A DNA stretch of 62,063 nt, filler included, from Nemertoderma westbladi (taxonomy: Eukaryota; Animalia; Xenacoelomorpha), in NCBI GenBank assembly GCA_032718475.1. It is 3 parts of 3 records of this genome, joined end to end, with 100 filler letters (N's around TTAATTAATTAA, not from the genome) between each part and the next. Parts side by side here need not be neighbours in the genome. Positions count along the whole stretch, not along the records: positions 1 to 26,464 come from JAUCBJ010005788.1; positions 26,565 to 53,094 come from JAUCBJ010003894.1; 1 more part is not named here. One strand, written 5' to 3'. The translations under genes and the position numbers were made by a program. The notes beneath the pieces were generated by a model. It was not told the DNA's origin, ran no database searches, and saw only the letters and a list, made by a program, of their open reading frames with translations. The first letter of the stretch is position 1, and each line of letters begins with the position of its first letter. Shown in pieces: positions 24,890-38,000 of this stretch.

Positions 24890-25418
24890 GGGGGGGGGGG
24901 GGGGGGGGGGGGGTTCTGGCTTGAATGTCAACATTTTGAAATGCTCCAAAGAGCGATTAAGTAGAAAAAAGTGTAAGATACATTTTGGGTGTACTATATT
25001 GAATTGTAATATTTTCAAAAAAAATTCATTTTTGACGACCCTTTGCGGCCAGGGCCATAATTTACATTTTTGACTTAAAATGCATCTTCTTTGTTATGCT
25101 TTATTTTCAGAAGTTGTAACCTTTTTTTTGTCAGCATGGCCGATTGCGTGAAAAAATTTAAGCAGAATTTAATTTCGTACTTTTCATGGAAATAACCGCT
25201 ATTTTTTAACATAATTTTCAAATTTTCAAAAAAAGCACTGGATTATTCGTAAAACAACATATAACAGATGGGAAATTGCAAGACTAAAAAACTTATCGAA
25301 TTTTATTATTGCGCACACTAGTAGCTTTCATTTGATACCAAAAACTCACAAATTGGTTGAAAAATGGCGGAAGGATGTGTTTTCAAAATGAAAAAATATC
25401 ATTCCGTGATACTTGCCT
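24890..25418. mobile_element. Possible TTAA-flanked MITE (Kolobok/piggyBac-type)
   Basis: ttaa|ggg... at the left and ...cct|ttaa at the right; TIR similarity is poor. Confidence 0.3.
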
Positions 25419-25562
25419 TTAAAGTTTGAACCTTCCCGCGCAAAAAAAAAGCAAAAAAGTACTATGTGAGAATGTCTGTCAATATATATATAGCAAAACG
25501 AAACCACAAAACAATGCTAAGATTATTGCTATGGGGGTTTACCTGGTCACTGACTTCATTTC

Positions 25563-26151
25563 ACAATTAATTTCATTTTATCAACGTTTGTTTGTGTCTA
25601 CTGCTGACGGTGACACAGAACCATTCGAAGTGTTACGGGGAGTCCTTCAGGGAGACACACTTGGGCCTTCTTGTTCATAATTGTGGTTGACTATATTCTA
25701 CGCATGTCCTTAGATCATCATAATGATGATAGGGTGATGGTAACTCCACCTCAAGGCAACTCAGGAATGCTACGCCGGGTTCACTGTGTCAAGTACAATG
25801 CACACATCTCCAATCAGACACTATATAACATTGGAGGTGTCTCATTGGTTCCCCCAAGCTTGACATTAGAACAAAGCCTCCTCCGCTTTGCGACATTCCT
25901 TTCGCCGAATAGGACCAGCCAGTGCATAATATTGTGCTTTGGCAGCCTCATGGAGTGAATAAGCATGTTGGACAGCCCATGACTTTCTTGAGACGCATCT
26001 TCAAGGACACTGGCCTCGAAGATACGGATGATCTAGCAAATGTCATGGGTGATAGGGAGTTGTGGCGGCGCAATTTTGTCGACAAGCCGGCACAGCATTC
26101 TTGAAAATGCAGCAGCAATGCAGCATGCCGATCCTAGTAGTAGTAGTAGTA
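25563..26151 (+). mobile_element. 5'-truncated, internally deleted RTE-like family A copy inserted in a dispersed repeat
   Basis: GVLQGDTLGP...IIVVDYILR; DRELWRRNFV; (TAG)n tail. Flanks gacttcatttc / gatttcatttc act as a TSD, and the host repeat resumes afterwards. Confidence 0.8.
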
Positions 26152-26464
26152 GATTTCATTTCTGAGGTCAGATTTCTCAGTTAATGAAAACTAAGTAAGT
26201 CTGTTTATCTGTCTGTCGGTCTTTCTAAATATCCGCCAATCTGTGCGTTAAATATAAGAAAAGGGCACACCATCTAGCAAAAAGTTTATTGACATAGCCA
26301 TTGTATAAAGTATTTCTATAACATCTCTGTGTAATACGATATACGTTTACGTTAACTGGAAGGAACGTATTAGCGCGGTCGTTATAAATCTGCATTAAAT
26401 CTCAATCTATTGTAATTATTTTCTTTGAAGTGGGATCTAATGTCCCCCGGGATCTAATGTCCCC

Positions 26465-26564
26465 NNNNNNNNNNNNNNNNNNNNNNNNNNNNNNNNNNNN
26501 NNNNNNNNTTAATTAATTAANNNNNNNNNNNNNNNNNNNNNNNNNNNNNNNNNNNNNNNNNNNN
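26465..26564. other. Assembly gap with TTAATTAATTAA spacer
   Basis: N44 + ttaattaattaa + N44. Confidence 0.95.
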
Positions 26565-26655
26565 CAAGCAATATAACCAAAATATGCATTATTAATATGA
26601 ACCCGTTATGAAACACAAACAGTTGAAGATAATAAATATGTGTAAAAATGTCGCT

Positions 26656-28337
26656 TTAATCTTCTGGTTTCTTGTATCCGCGGCAAAAGTCTATTATTTC
26701 CTTCTTTGAAAGAACGCCGTCGCAGTTATCGTCGGCATTTCTCATAATGTTATCCTTAACTTTCTCGAGATCCGCGATATTAATCTGTTGACATTTAAAC
26801 ATGAAAAGATCGCGTAGTAATCCAAGCAATTCGTCGGGCTCGATGGTTCCAGACCCGTCTTTATCGTAGTAAGTGAAGACTTTATCGAAGTCTTCTTTAC
26901 TCATCTTGAGTTGGTGGAACCGAGAGAGATAGTTTTCCTCTACTGGTAGAAGATCGGCTAGTTCGTGGATCGATATCATCCCATCTTTATTAGCATCGTA
27001 GTAATTCTGAATCCGTCTGCAGGGGAAAACATTAAATCTGTTATTATTTCCCTGTTGGCCCTACATAACTGACTCACCTGAACCTGTAATTATATCAGTG
27101 TACCTACGGGAACTATGACAATTGCCCCCCGGACAATTGCTCCCCGGACAATTGCCTCCCGATGACAATTTCTTGCCCCCCGGACAAATGCCCCCCGATG
27201 TCTTATTTACAGAATATATTTTTAAACATTGAAATCCTTTGAATGTGTTTTTAAGTATCCAAGATTTTTTTTTTCTAGAACAATTTGATTAACTTTATGC
27301 TAGCTAGCTTTTTATGACATAATTTATTCGTTTTCAGTCAAGGTGTTCTAGAACTGAAATGGCCTTGTAGTTCTAGAACGCATTGATTTCAGTGCGTTAA
27401 CATTTCATTTTTATTCTTATGAAAAACTTCAGTTGGAAAATATCAGAATTATTATTGAGTACATAAATATGTAAGCGTCAGCTGTTTTTTAGAATCTTCA
27501 TTTTTCAAATCATGAAGTTTAAGATATTTGCGCTTTTCATTGTTGCCTTAATAAGCTTCAGATTCCCAACAACTCAAACTCTATCAATATGTAAGCAACC
27601 ATGAGTTTTATATTATATGAAACGGACTATATAAAATTTGTTTCCAACGTTGTTACAAGTTAGGAATTTATTTTTCAACTTTCCTCGGGGGAAATTTATT
27701 GTTTGGTAAGTAAGATTCATTGGAGGTCAATTTTCCGGGGGGAACTAATTGTCCAGGGGCAATTGTCCGTGGGCAATTGTCCGTGGGCAATTTTCCGTTG
27801 GCAATTATCCGTGGGCAATTGTCCGTGGGCAATTGTCAGTGGGCAATTGTCCGTGGGCAATTTTCCGTGGGCAATTGTCCGTGGGCAATTTTCCGTGGGC
27901 AATTGTCCGTGGGCAATTGTCCGGTGGCGTATGTCCTCGGTGGTAATTCCCCGGGGGCAATTGTCCGTGGGCAATTGTCCAGTGGCATCTGTCCTCGGGG
28001 GTAATTCTCCGGGGGCAATTGTCCTCAGGGGCAATTTTCCTCGGGGACAATTCTCCCAGTGATGCAATACCTACTGTCACGATACCTACTGTCTCACATA
28101 AACCTATGTTTGGACTCACCTAAACCTATGGTTACATTCGTCCTCTGTAGCTTCTGGGTTCACTGATTTCACGAGATCGGCCACTAGACCCTGCAGCTCC
28201 GCTATCTCTATATAACCACTCCAGTCCGTATCATAGTGTTTCCAGATTTTAATAAATTCGTGACTGGACAAACGATAACGGTTGCGAAAATCGTGCAACA
28301 TATTTGCTCTCGAATCAGCGCTATCTGCTGCCATCAT
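26656..28337 (-). CDS. Calbindin/calretinin/secretagogin-like EF-hand protein; exons 28337-28120 and 27016-26656
   Basis: EF loops DTDWSGYIEIAE, DANKDGMISIHE, DKDGSGTIEPDE, DDNCDGVLSKKE. Family signature ELADLLPVEENYL and FIKIWKHYDTD. Phase-2 GT-AG intron joins in frame. Confidence 0.85.
27107..28060. mobile_element. Foldback-like MITE with 15-bp GC-rich repeat arms, in the EF-hand gene intron
   Basis: Left (ggacaattgcccccc)n at 27116-27198; inverted right arm (gggcaattgtccgt)n at 27756-28057; AT-rich core with the ttctagaac motif. Confidence 0.75.
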
Positions 28338-29459
28338 GGGTTAAATAAATTGTTATTAAACAAAAAACACAAATAAATTAATAGCGATTAAAAATTGTTT
28401 TGCTACTATTATTATTAAATACAGTATTAAACATATATAGCAGATTAATTCAACCAAGTCGTTTTATAATGATTATTGGTATTTGTGATGAGAGTTATTG
28501 CACGTATTTATCTGGCTTATTGAGTCTTATCTACTTGAACACAACTTCTTGTTCACAAAGCAATGTTGTATAAGCAGGAGCTCAGCATTCAATTGATTTA
28601 ATATATTAATACGAAGGAACGCGGACACGGCATAATACGCATATATAATAATTATTCAATTTATAATTATTCTCAAGTGGGTTTAGTTAAGGGAAATAAT
28701 TATCATTGCCAAATTTTTCCAATAGCGCGACTCTTCAGTTTTCTGTCGGTTCATTGTTAGACACTCATCATCACTGATCAAGCATATGATCACAAATGTA
28801 AATATTAAGCAACAATTTTGATTTATTATTCGGTTTTCACAATATTGGCTCATTAGTAAAATATAATATCTATAATGGCTCTTCGAAATTTTGGCAATAA
28901 TTAATAAGCTCCCCTCTCCAGGTGGGGAGACATGGGGAAAACATGACGCAAATCCCATCTCAGTGAATTAATTAATATCTCGTCTCAATGTTAAGTTATC
29001 AATTAGGTAAGGAGCAGGTTACATTATCACGTTATTCTACCCAAAACAATTAACAATATAATAAGATTAATAAGTAAAATAAATAAATAAATACATTGCA
29101 AAGTGGATTTTGTTATAACTGTTAAGAATTCAATGATTACCATTGCTGTAGTATCTCGGCACACATCGGATAGACTCAGTATAGCGCTCACAAGTACAAC
29201 GTAACACCTTCAGCCAGACTTCCAAAGATCGCAATCACCATGTAAATCCCAACTGCATTATAAAGATTTATTTTATTCCTATTCAGACATTTCAGGATCA
29301 GGAATGTCTGGCTTTCCATGTTTTCGATCAGAAGGCTGTCTTGTCATACAGTAGAACAAAAAAAAACGAGTAAAAACGAACCGTAACATAAAAAGTTAAA
29401 ACTAGTGGAAAATTAACACTGATTGTGTTTATGTGCCGAGGATAGCTACATGAGGATAC

Positions 29460-31777
29460 TACTACTACTACTACTGTACTAGGTCGAGCGAACTCGGACA
29501 GTGGAAATGAGATCCTTCCAGGCTTCCCGATTTTCCATAATTGTCGCAATTTCGTTTCTCCCAAGTTCAGTATCCCTTTCAAGTTGATCTATATATGTTA
29601 TGGCCGGTCGTCCACGACTACGCTTTCCATGAGTTGGTTGCCAGAGAAGTAGATCTGGTATGACCTCGTCTTTACTTCGCCAGCAGTGCCCACTGAATCT
29701 TAATCTGCGTTCACGGAGGGTGGTTGATACAGGTGGTATTGTACCATAAAGCTCGGCGTTTGTCATGTGTTGTCTCCAGCTGATGTTTAGGGCTGCCCTT
29801 AGTAGTCTTGTGTAGCAACCATCAATTCGTTATTTAAGTGATTTGGTCAGTGTCCAGGTCTCACCCCCGTATAAAAATACACTTTCCACTGTGGCTCGAA
29901 AGAACTTAGTCTTCAGGTGCCTGGAGAAATCTGATTTCCAGATGATATCCATTTTTGATAGATGGATAATATCTACTACTAGAGTAGAGCTACCCAAGCC
30001 TTTGCTTTCCTAACTTCTATGTCCTTTTTGCTACTCTCTATCCATGATCCAAGGTACTGGAAGTCATCGACCTTCCTTAGTTGATTATTATCAATGGTTG
30101 TCAAGTTTCCATCAACATTAAAGGTCATGAATTCGGTCTTGGTAGCATTTATATGCAATCCAACCTCCTTAGCAGCCCTCTCCACTTTATTTAGTAGAAG
30201 CTGTGCATTTGCTAGCGTATTAGAGAGCAGGGCGATGTCATCCGCAAAATCGGTGTCTGTGACTGTAGTTGCCGGATATCTACTACTTCTGCGTTCTTGA
30301 AGTGTGAATCCCAGATCTTCACCCTTTGTGGCCGTCCTCATTGCGTAATCCAGCACAATTACAAATAGTAATGGTGCTAATGTGTCACCTTGCAGTACGC
30401 CAGCCAGGATTGAGAAAAACTCAGTTTCACCATCTGGTGAGAGTACCTGCGCTTCTGTGTCACAATATGACAATCCAATGCCAGCAACAATTACTTCTGG
30501 TATTCCATAAGCTCTTAGGATTTCAAGCATTTTACCTCTATGGATGGAGTCGAATGCCTTCTTGAAGTCCACAAAAGTCATGACTGCGGGATTAATTCCT
30601 TCAATCAGTCTCCGTAGTGCAAGTATCTGAGCTATTGTTGATCTACTTGGTCGAAATCCGTTTTGGCTCTTACGCAGTAGTTTCTCTATGTGAGGCCTAA
30701 TCCTATATAGAATCATTTTATTGTATATTTTGGCAGCTACCACAAGCAGACAGATCCCACGATAGTTTGTTGGTATGCCGAGGTCTCCTTTCTTGGGGAG
30801 AGGCTTTAGTTGACCTTTAGTCCAAATTGGTGGTGGCTTTTCCCCTTTTAACATCCGGTTGCAAACATTCAATAATGGTCTGTTTAGCACTCCGGTTTAC
30901 CATACCTCCGCTGGGATTTCATCTAATCCACTCGCTTTATTATTGGACATGCTTTTAACGCTTCTTTGGAGTTCGGCAGGTGTGAAGTCCCCTGTTTCTA
31001 TAGGTAGTGTCTTGTCATATATTTTCCTTGTAGGGCTGACCTCGATGTTTGGTGGCTGCCCAAGCAAGTTGCTGAAGTGATTTTTCCACTTCCCAACACG
31101 TTCTTCAGGACTATCGGCTTTGAGGCGCCCCTTTGCACAACTTTTCCGACCAGATACCTCATTTACAGTTTGCCAGGTAAGTCTTGATTGTTGCTGTATG
31201 TGAGCAGTTGTAATTGCTTCAGTTTTATCCTGTATGTACTTTTCCTGGCTGATGTTGTAGGCCAATTTAAGATCGTCCTTAGCTTTCTCAACCTTGTTAA
31301 TGTTTTCAGTTGTTGGTTGTTCGGTTTTAACTTTGTAGGCTATCTTAAGATCTTCTCTCTTACAAGTAACCTCAGAGTTTTGCCATGGCACATACTGTTT
31401 TCGTTTGGGTTTCTGGGGGATATGCCTCTTAGCTGATTCCTTGTGGGCTGTTATTATATTCTGGTATATTGAATCGGTGGATTGGTCTTCATCCATTGAC
31501 TGAAGTGCTTCAAAACGGTTTTGAACTTCTACTGTATAAGCATCCTTTACAGCATTGTCAGTTCTGGGTTTCTCCCAGTCATAGTTGATTTGCTTGCTTG
31601 TCCTGGGTTTGCTGGCTCTCAAACTGAGTCTTATCTCTGCAGTTACAATTCTGTGGTCCGAACCAATTAGGTTGAACGAGCTGTATGCCTCGCAGTTGAC
31701 CATGCTGTTTCTCCACTTTTTGTTTATAAGGATGTAATCCAGTTGTGTTTTGGTTCCATTAGGGTATTGTATTAGGG
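29460..31777 (-). mobile_element. RTE-clade LINE family B, 5'-truncated, disrupted
   Basis: TQLDYIL/GSDHR (APE C-terminus), KKGDL..NYRGICL, QNGFR, FVDFKKAFDS, GVLQGDTLAP, FADD, FQYLGS; (TAG)n tail; perfect 13-bp TSD tacatgaggatac at 29447-29459 and 31778-31790. Confidence 0.92.
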
Positions 31778-32086
31778 TACATGAGGATACATCCCCGTTT
31801 CCATGTCGTTTTGTTTTGGAAATAGGATACCGAGTTTTATTGAACAATGCATTGTGTTAAATAGGCAGTAAGTTGTAAGTGATTAACGCTGGGTGCGTGA
31901 CCAACGTCAGTACTGTATGTAGACCTAGTGTTGACCTTAGCGTAGCGGCTAGTTGGTTTTGTGTTTTTAGTAACTGTAGGACCTATTTAGTCGCAAACCT
32001 AACGATTATATTCTCAAATATTACTTTAATTTATATTTTTACTCGTAAGATCTGGAACAACAACATATCTCCGCACCACCGACAAT

Positions 32087-35000
32087 ATGACGTCACCGTA
32101 TTCCAACACGCTGTCGCAACTTCCGGTGCCAACGAAACGTAACCGATCCTCGCAAGTGGTTACTCCCACCTCGCAGGCTAGCTCCCTCTACACATCCGCC
32201 TCGTACTACGACCCTCGAAGTGGGTTACCTGCGGCGACGGTTGGAACTTCCGGTTCCCGGAACTCTACGTCAACCTTCGGAAGGTCGGCCGGAGTCGGAT
32301 ATAGTCGGACGGTTTATCGCGCCGGGCAACGGACGCCGTCCCCGGCCCGAGCCCCTCTGGAGGTCAAACTAATAAAGGATAAAGTGAACCGGTAGGACAA
32401 TTACTATGAATAATATTCTGATATTTAAATACCGAGATAAATAAATAGATGTTGACACACGGGAATGGAATTCAATCGCAATAGAATTACTCGGTAGCAG
32501 TAATTCCGTTCCGCTTGATTCATAATGAATCAAAATTACTTTGGAAAATCTCCTTCACACTAAACAGAAAATTCAACCCGATGTCATATAACTTTATTGA
32601 TTAAAATCTCTAGTCCGATGTGAATATTTTATGTATTTCTCTACGTGCACTTTACCAATAACTGCAATATCTTACAGTACAAAAATAATCAAAATAATTA
32701 TAATTAATTAAATATTGTGATTATAAATATTTGATATAAATTCGAGTTATTACAGTCAACTCGATTTTCAAGGAACTTGGTCGGCAATGGGAGAGTCTTA
32801 TCAGAAATAATTTTGGTATTCCTATTCCTATACAGTAGTATGAATGACCCCTTTGTAAGGCTGCAACTACTGTGAGAGCTGTCATGCATGATGAAGATCT
32901 GGTTATATCATACAAATATTTATTCCACGAAAAATCAATATAGGAACCAATGAACAAAGTGTATGAAAAATAAAATGTAAAGTGTTATTTACTGCCATAG
33001 CCTCAAAGTAATTTAAAGGTATCGGTGAACGTGAATGTTCCTCTCTCTTGGCTGTTACCTGTAAGACAGGGAGGAGAATTGCGTCTGATTCGGCCCCAGA
33101 TCGAGCACAGCTAGAGGCGAAGGAAGTCACACTTTTAAACAGGCAATAAATATCCATGTACTTTAGTATTTATTCAATATGTGACTGAATAGGTAAGCTG
33201 CAAAGTAAACTCAATATTATATAATTTTAATTTTTAATTACCGAATAATATTTGTAGAGATATAAAACGAGTCGCCGCCCTGATTGAGAAACGTAAGTTA
33301 GAAGAAGCTGCAGCCAACTTCCCGCAATCAATGCGTGCGTACACCAGGGATCGCCATGGCAACAGTAGGGATAGCGGATCGGCCGATTCGGACAGGTCGT
33401 TTCGCTACCCTAGAGGGAAGGGCAATGTTTGGCGGGCCAGCAGGGAAATGAGTCTGGATTACTTTACTTCCAAGTTAGTATTTATTGATTTATCGATTGA
33501 GTAGTTTATTGATTGATTAATCAATTGGCCATCATTGCACGTTTGACGAGATGTTGTTTAATTTCAGATCGAATTTGATTTCTCCGAAGAGCAACTCCTC
33601 GCAAATACCAAAGTATAAGGGGACGAAGATAAACGGGACACCGACGATCTTGCGTCCGACTCAGGTCACAATGAGTCATAAATCCACGTCGACCATCAGC
33701 TCCAGTTGCACGCAGACATCACCGGATGAGGAGCCGCAAGTGTTTCCAAAGGTTTGTAAACAATCCAATTCTAACTGAATAAAAATCGAATCGAAAGTCG
33801 GGAGAATCTTTTAGTTACGGCGTCTTATATAGGCCTAAACAATATTGTGAATTAACAAATGCAGTCTCAAATCTTGCGTATATGTGCATATATTAAGTAG
33901 TTAAGATTGTTTAAAGTTATCTACAACTTAATTATTTAATAAATATACATAATTTATACCTATATGCTTTCTGCGTGGATAGAAGACTTAATTTCTGATG
34001 GTGATTAGGACTCGCGGCCAGATTTTGTACTTATCCTACTTATTCATACTGAGTCCGTTGGGAAATTATATTATTTTTGCAATTGCATTATTTTGAGTAA
34101 TTTTTTTAACCCATTTTAATTTATAATCAATTAATTGTTTCATCCTTTTTGCCTTATAGTATTTCCACAATCAGTGCTAGGCGTACATGTACAGTATGTA
34201 CCTGTGCGATTACATATCTGTTATCCTTATAAATTTTCTTTATTCTAAATTATTTATTCGCAGATAATGACAAGTCGAGTAGCGGCTACGGGTTCCGACG
34301 CATCTACCTGTACGTCTGAGTCGTCGGGATACTCTCTAAGCTCGGCGACACGGGGCAGACTGTCCTCCTACAAACCGCTGACGCGAGCCGAGATAGACCA
34401 CCACAAGGCGACGCGAACGGGGCAGCGGGAACGGGTTGAGGAACGGCGAACAGGTCGCAGTCGCGAAATACACCACCAGCGCTCCGGGAGCGATTCCATG
34501 GTCACCGCTAGAGGCGTCTCTCCCGACCACAATCGTCAAGAACACCTACCAAGTTTCCGTAAGTTTATTTGGAAACGGCAATCAAGGCTACCTAAAGTAT
34601 AATAAATATACTTTAGAAACGTTATATTATATAGCCTGGTACCAATTTATATCACTAGATGGTACAATTTTCCCATTATAGTATTATGCTTAGGCCTACT
34701 ACCGCTAGCCGCTATGTGGTGTAATAATTTGTATTCAAACACCTTATACTAATTCTATCGTGTGCCGCTTGCTTCCGCACGATGGTGCATCGAGGTTGAT
34801 GATACCTGCTAAGATATTGTAGAGTTTTTTTTTGTTTTTTTGCTTCTTAAAATTTTTTATATTTTCAGAGAACATTCATCACAGATCCAGTTCAGCCGAC
34901 GATCAGACGAAGTTAGATGAATTATTTGAGTCGTTGAACGTTGAGATTGAAGAAGCTTTTCAGCAAACCATTGCTGGGAAGAGCCGCGCGGAAATCCCGG

Positions 35001-38000
35001 GTACTAAGCATAGCAGGTTTGTGAATCAGTGACACTATTTGTTCAGCATAGACTGGATGTACTTGGGCCGATCTGGATCAAATCTCATTCGATTTGTGTC
35101 GACTCAAACCGAACTTAACCTAATCTAAACAGAAAATATAAAAATGAGAGTTATTAATTGAATGGTTAATCTATATATCAGGTTACAGGAGTGGCGGCTG
35201 AAGTCCTAATAAAACTTTCATGCAATCCTATACGTAAGACTACGTGATATTTAATAAATTTAGCGGAATCTAAGACATTATTGCCATGGTCCAGAAGGGC
35301 CAAAGGTACATTTAATACAATCATATTATTTATAAATATATTTTTGTATAATAATTAGTGGTTGAGATAGAGTACTGTACTTAGTAGGCATATTTTTTAA
35401 TCTAGAGTTGTTAAAAAAAATTATATTAAAAATAGCTAATTGATCTTTAATTGTATACTTTCTACTACCAATAAATAGATATATAAAAATACCGAAATAA
35501 AATACTAAGACTGTACCTACAGTAGTGAACAATTACGAGCTAGGCCTACTATTACTCCACTACCTTGAATCCTTTACCTAAACACAATAAAAAAATCATT
35601 AAATTCGTAAAAATGTAATGAAAAATATTGAAAATTTAGATTTAACTTGTTAATCAACAAACAGCCTATGAGTTATATTTCATCTTTTATCCTATGAAAG
35701 GCCAACATACTAACAGCCTAGAATTGAATTTACTATGACATGAAACTTTATTTGTTAGCTGGTTGGATGATATTGATAGAAAACTAAGGCAATCTAAGAA
35801 AAAGGAAATACAAGATGAAATAAACAAAAGACGAAAAGATTTGGAGACTAGTTCTAGAAGACTAGAAGAACTTCAACTAATGGATACCATTGATTCAGGT
35901 TCAATAATTTATTTTAATGCCGATTTGAATTCAAACTTACCAAAAATTGAATGGTACTACTGCATATTTACATACGTACGTACGTATGCATATTATTCCA
36001 GTTACGAATGATATTGACTACTACCGGTTACCATCAATATTTTCACATATTTTTAGGCAATCAGCCACTCAGCCAAACAGCTAAAGCTTTGTGTGACTTC
36101 GAGGAAGCCTATTCGGCAATATTGAAGCGAAGCGCTGATGATTCGAGTATAATCAAACCATTAGACACCCAACTAGCTAATATGTACGGGGATGATTACA
36201 ATGGGGATTCATTGGATAGGGAATGGTGGACTGACAAAATGGGAAACACCACCGGTAAGTTTTAGATCCTAGTTGTGAGTCTGAGAAGGGTATACCACGC
36301 CATTGTTAGGTTGTTAGCACGTACCAGGGCCTGAATTAGGTGTTTCTTAAAGTAAGTAACTTGTGGTAAGTTGTTGACAGTTATTGTAAAATTTGGGTAG
36401 TTTGGAAAGTTATTAAACATGTTGTTAGTCATCATCTTCCATGTTTGTCATGTGTTAGTCATATATTAATTAAACAGGACAAAATTGTTATTGATATTTT
36501 CAAACTTTACTAATTTTATATATAAATAATCTATCTAACAAGGCCTTCAATCTTATCTATAGTCTCGTCTATATATCTCTCTATTTCATCTTCAATACCA
36601 AGTTGTCTCGCACTAATTTCATCAATACTCTTTCTATTAAACTTCTCCATCTCAATAATTCGTTTCTGTAATATTTGAGTTCTATGACGGCCCTCCTCCA
36701 TAGTCTTTGTAAGTCCCGCTGAATATTCTTGCAATTCTAGAACGAAATTTTTTTACCGGTATATAAATGATTTTTAAAGAATTAAAACCGGTATATGGTA
36801 TCGTTAATTTAAACAAACTTATGATAGGCCCTAGTTGTTGTAATATTTCCCTTTATTTATATTGTTTTGGTATTTATTAATTATTACAAACCTACCGGTT
36901 TCTAAGTCGGTGCCAAGGGGTACAACGCGATTAGGAACGCGATTGTGATCTCCTATTCCTAATATTTCATTATTTCTGTTAGTATCATTGTCGTCTACTG
37001 CATACATCGTACTGTCACAACAACAAATGATTTCATTGAGAACTTTGGAATTTACCTTCAAGGAATTCATGTACATATACAGTAACCATCAATGATAGTA
37101 ATAACATAATTGTGTAAATATTTTAAGAACTAATATAATACTGCACTGTAGGCGCTCTGCACTTACTATAATAGTTGTAGATATATAAAGACTTTATTTG
37201 TCTTAAATGCACTCCTCAAATAAACACTGGGCGTTTTTTTATTAATGACTTTACAATTATCGGTACTTTACTTTGCCAACCCAGCAGCGGTACAATGGGA
37301 ACCGGCATTCAGCTGGGGTAGTAAAGATATGGTTGGATAATGTAGAGTGTTAGAGCTTAGGAATTCGAGGTGCGCCCTCAGTGCCATTCAGGTAACAGCC
37401 AAGAGAGACCAACCATCGTGTTGCCTCCTGTGTTTCGCGTTTCATGACGTTAACCGATATTTACTTACCTAACGGAACCGTTACCGGCATTATCCTTACC
37501 TTGAGTTCAAGGTCTTCTTTATTTCCATTATATGTGGTCTTGTATTGTTGTCCGGGGCAACGAAACAGGTGTAACTCCCGACTCATATTGACGTTAAGAT
37601 AATCTTTGAACTCGTCTTGGGATAGAGACGACATGAAATAGTAAAGCAATTTCATCTTCTCCGGAAAGTTGGTCATCCATGTTAACAGCTAGGGGAATTT
37701 ATAGCGAAATGTATTTAATAAAATAAAGTTTTCCTCGACCGTGTTGCGTGTATTTCTAAGCTGCGGCTGCGGCTGTAGTCTGTAGCGTGTAGCGGCTGTA
37801 GCTGCGGTCTGTAGCTGCGGCTATGGGCTACATCTAAAGCTTACGTACTGACACACTATAAAAATATTATAATCATAATCAATGGCAGGTAAGTTCTGTC
37901 AGTTTGCAAAATTCTCAGAGTTTTCAATGATATAATTCTCAGAAGTGTTATAACTACATTTCTTGGTGGTAATATCTTCCTTCTACAAGGCAATACATGT

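Noticed and set aside
26509-26520. TTAATTAATTAA palindrome (also 53139-53150)
   Set aside because: Artificial all-frame-stop spacer inside N gaps; adjacency across the gaps is also unverified.
27703-28119. Overlapping GQLSVGNCPW / TIAHG ORFs
   Set aside because: Translations of the MITE 15-bp arm on both strands.
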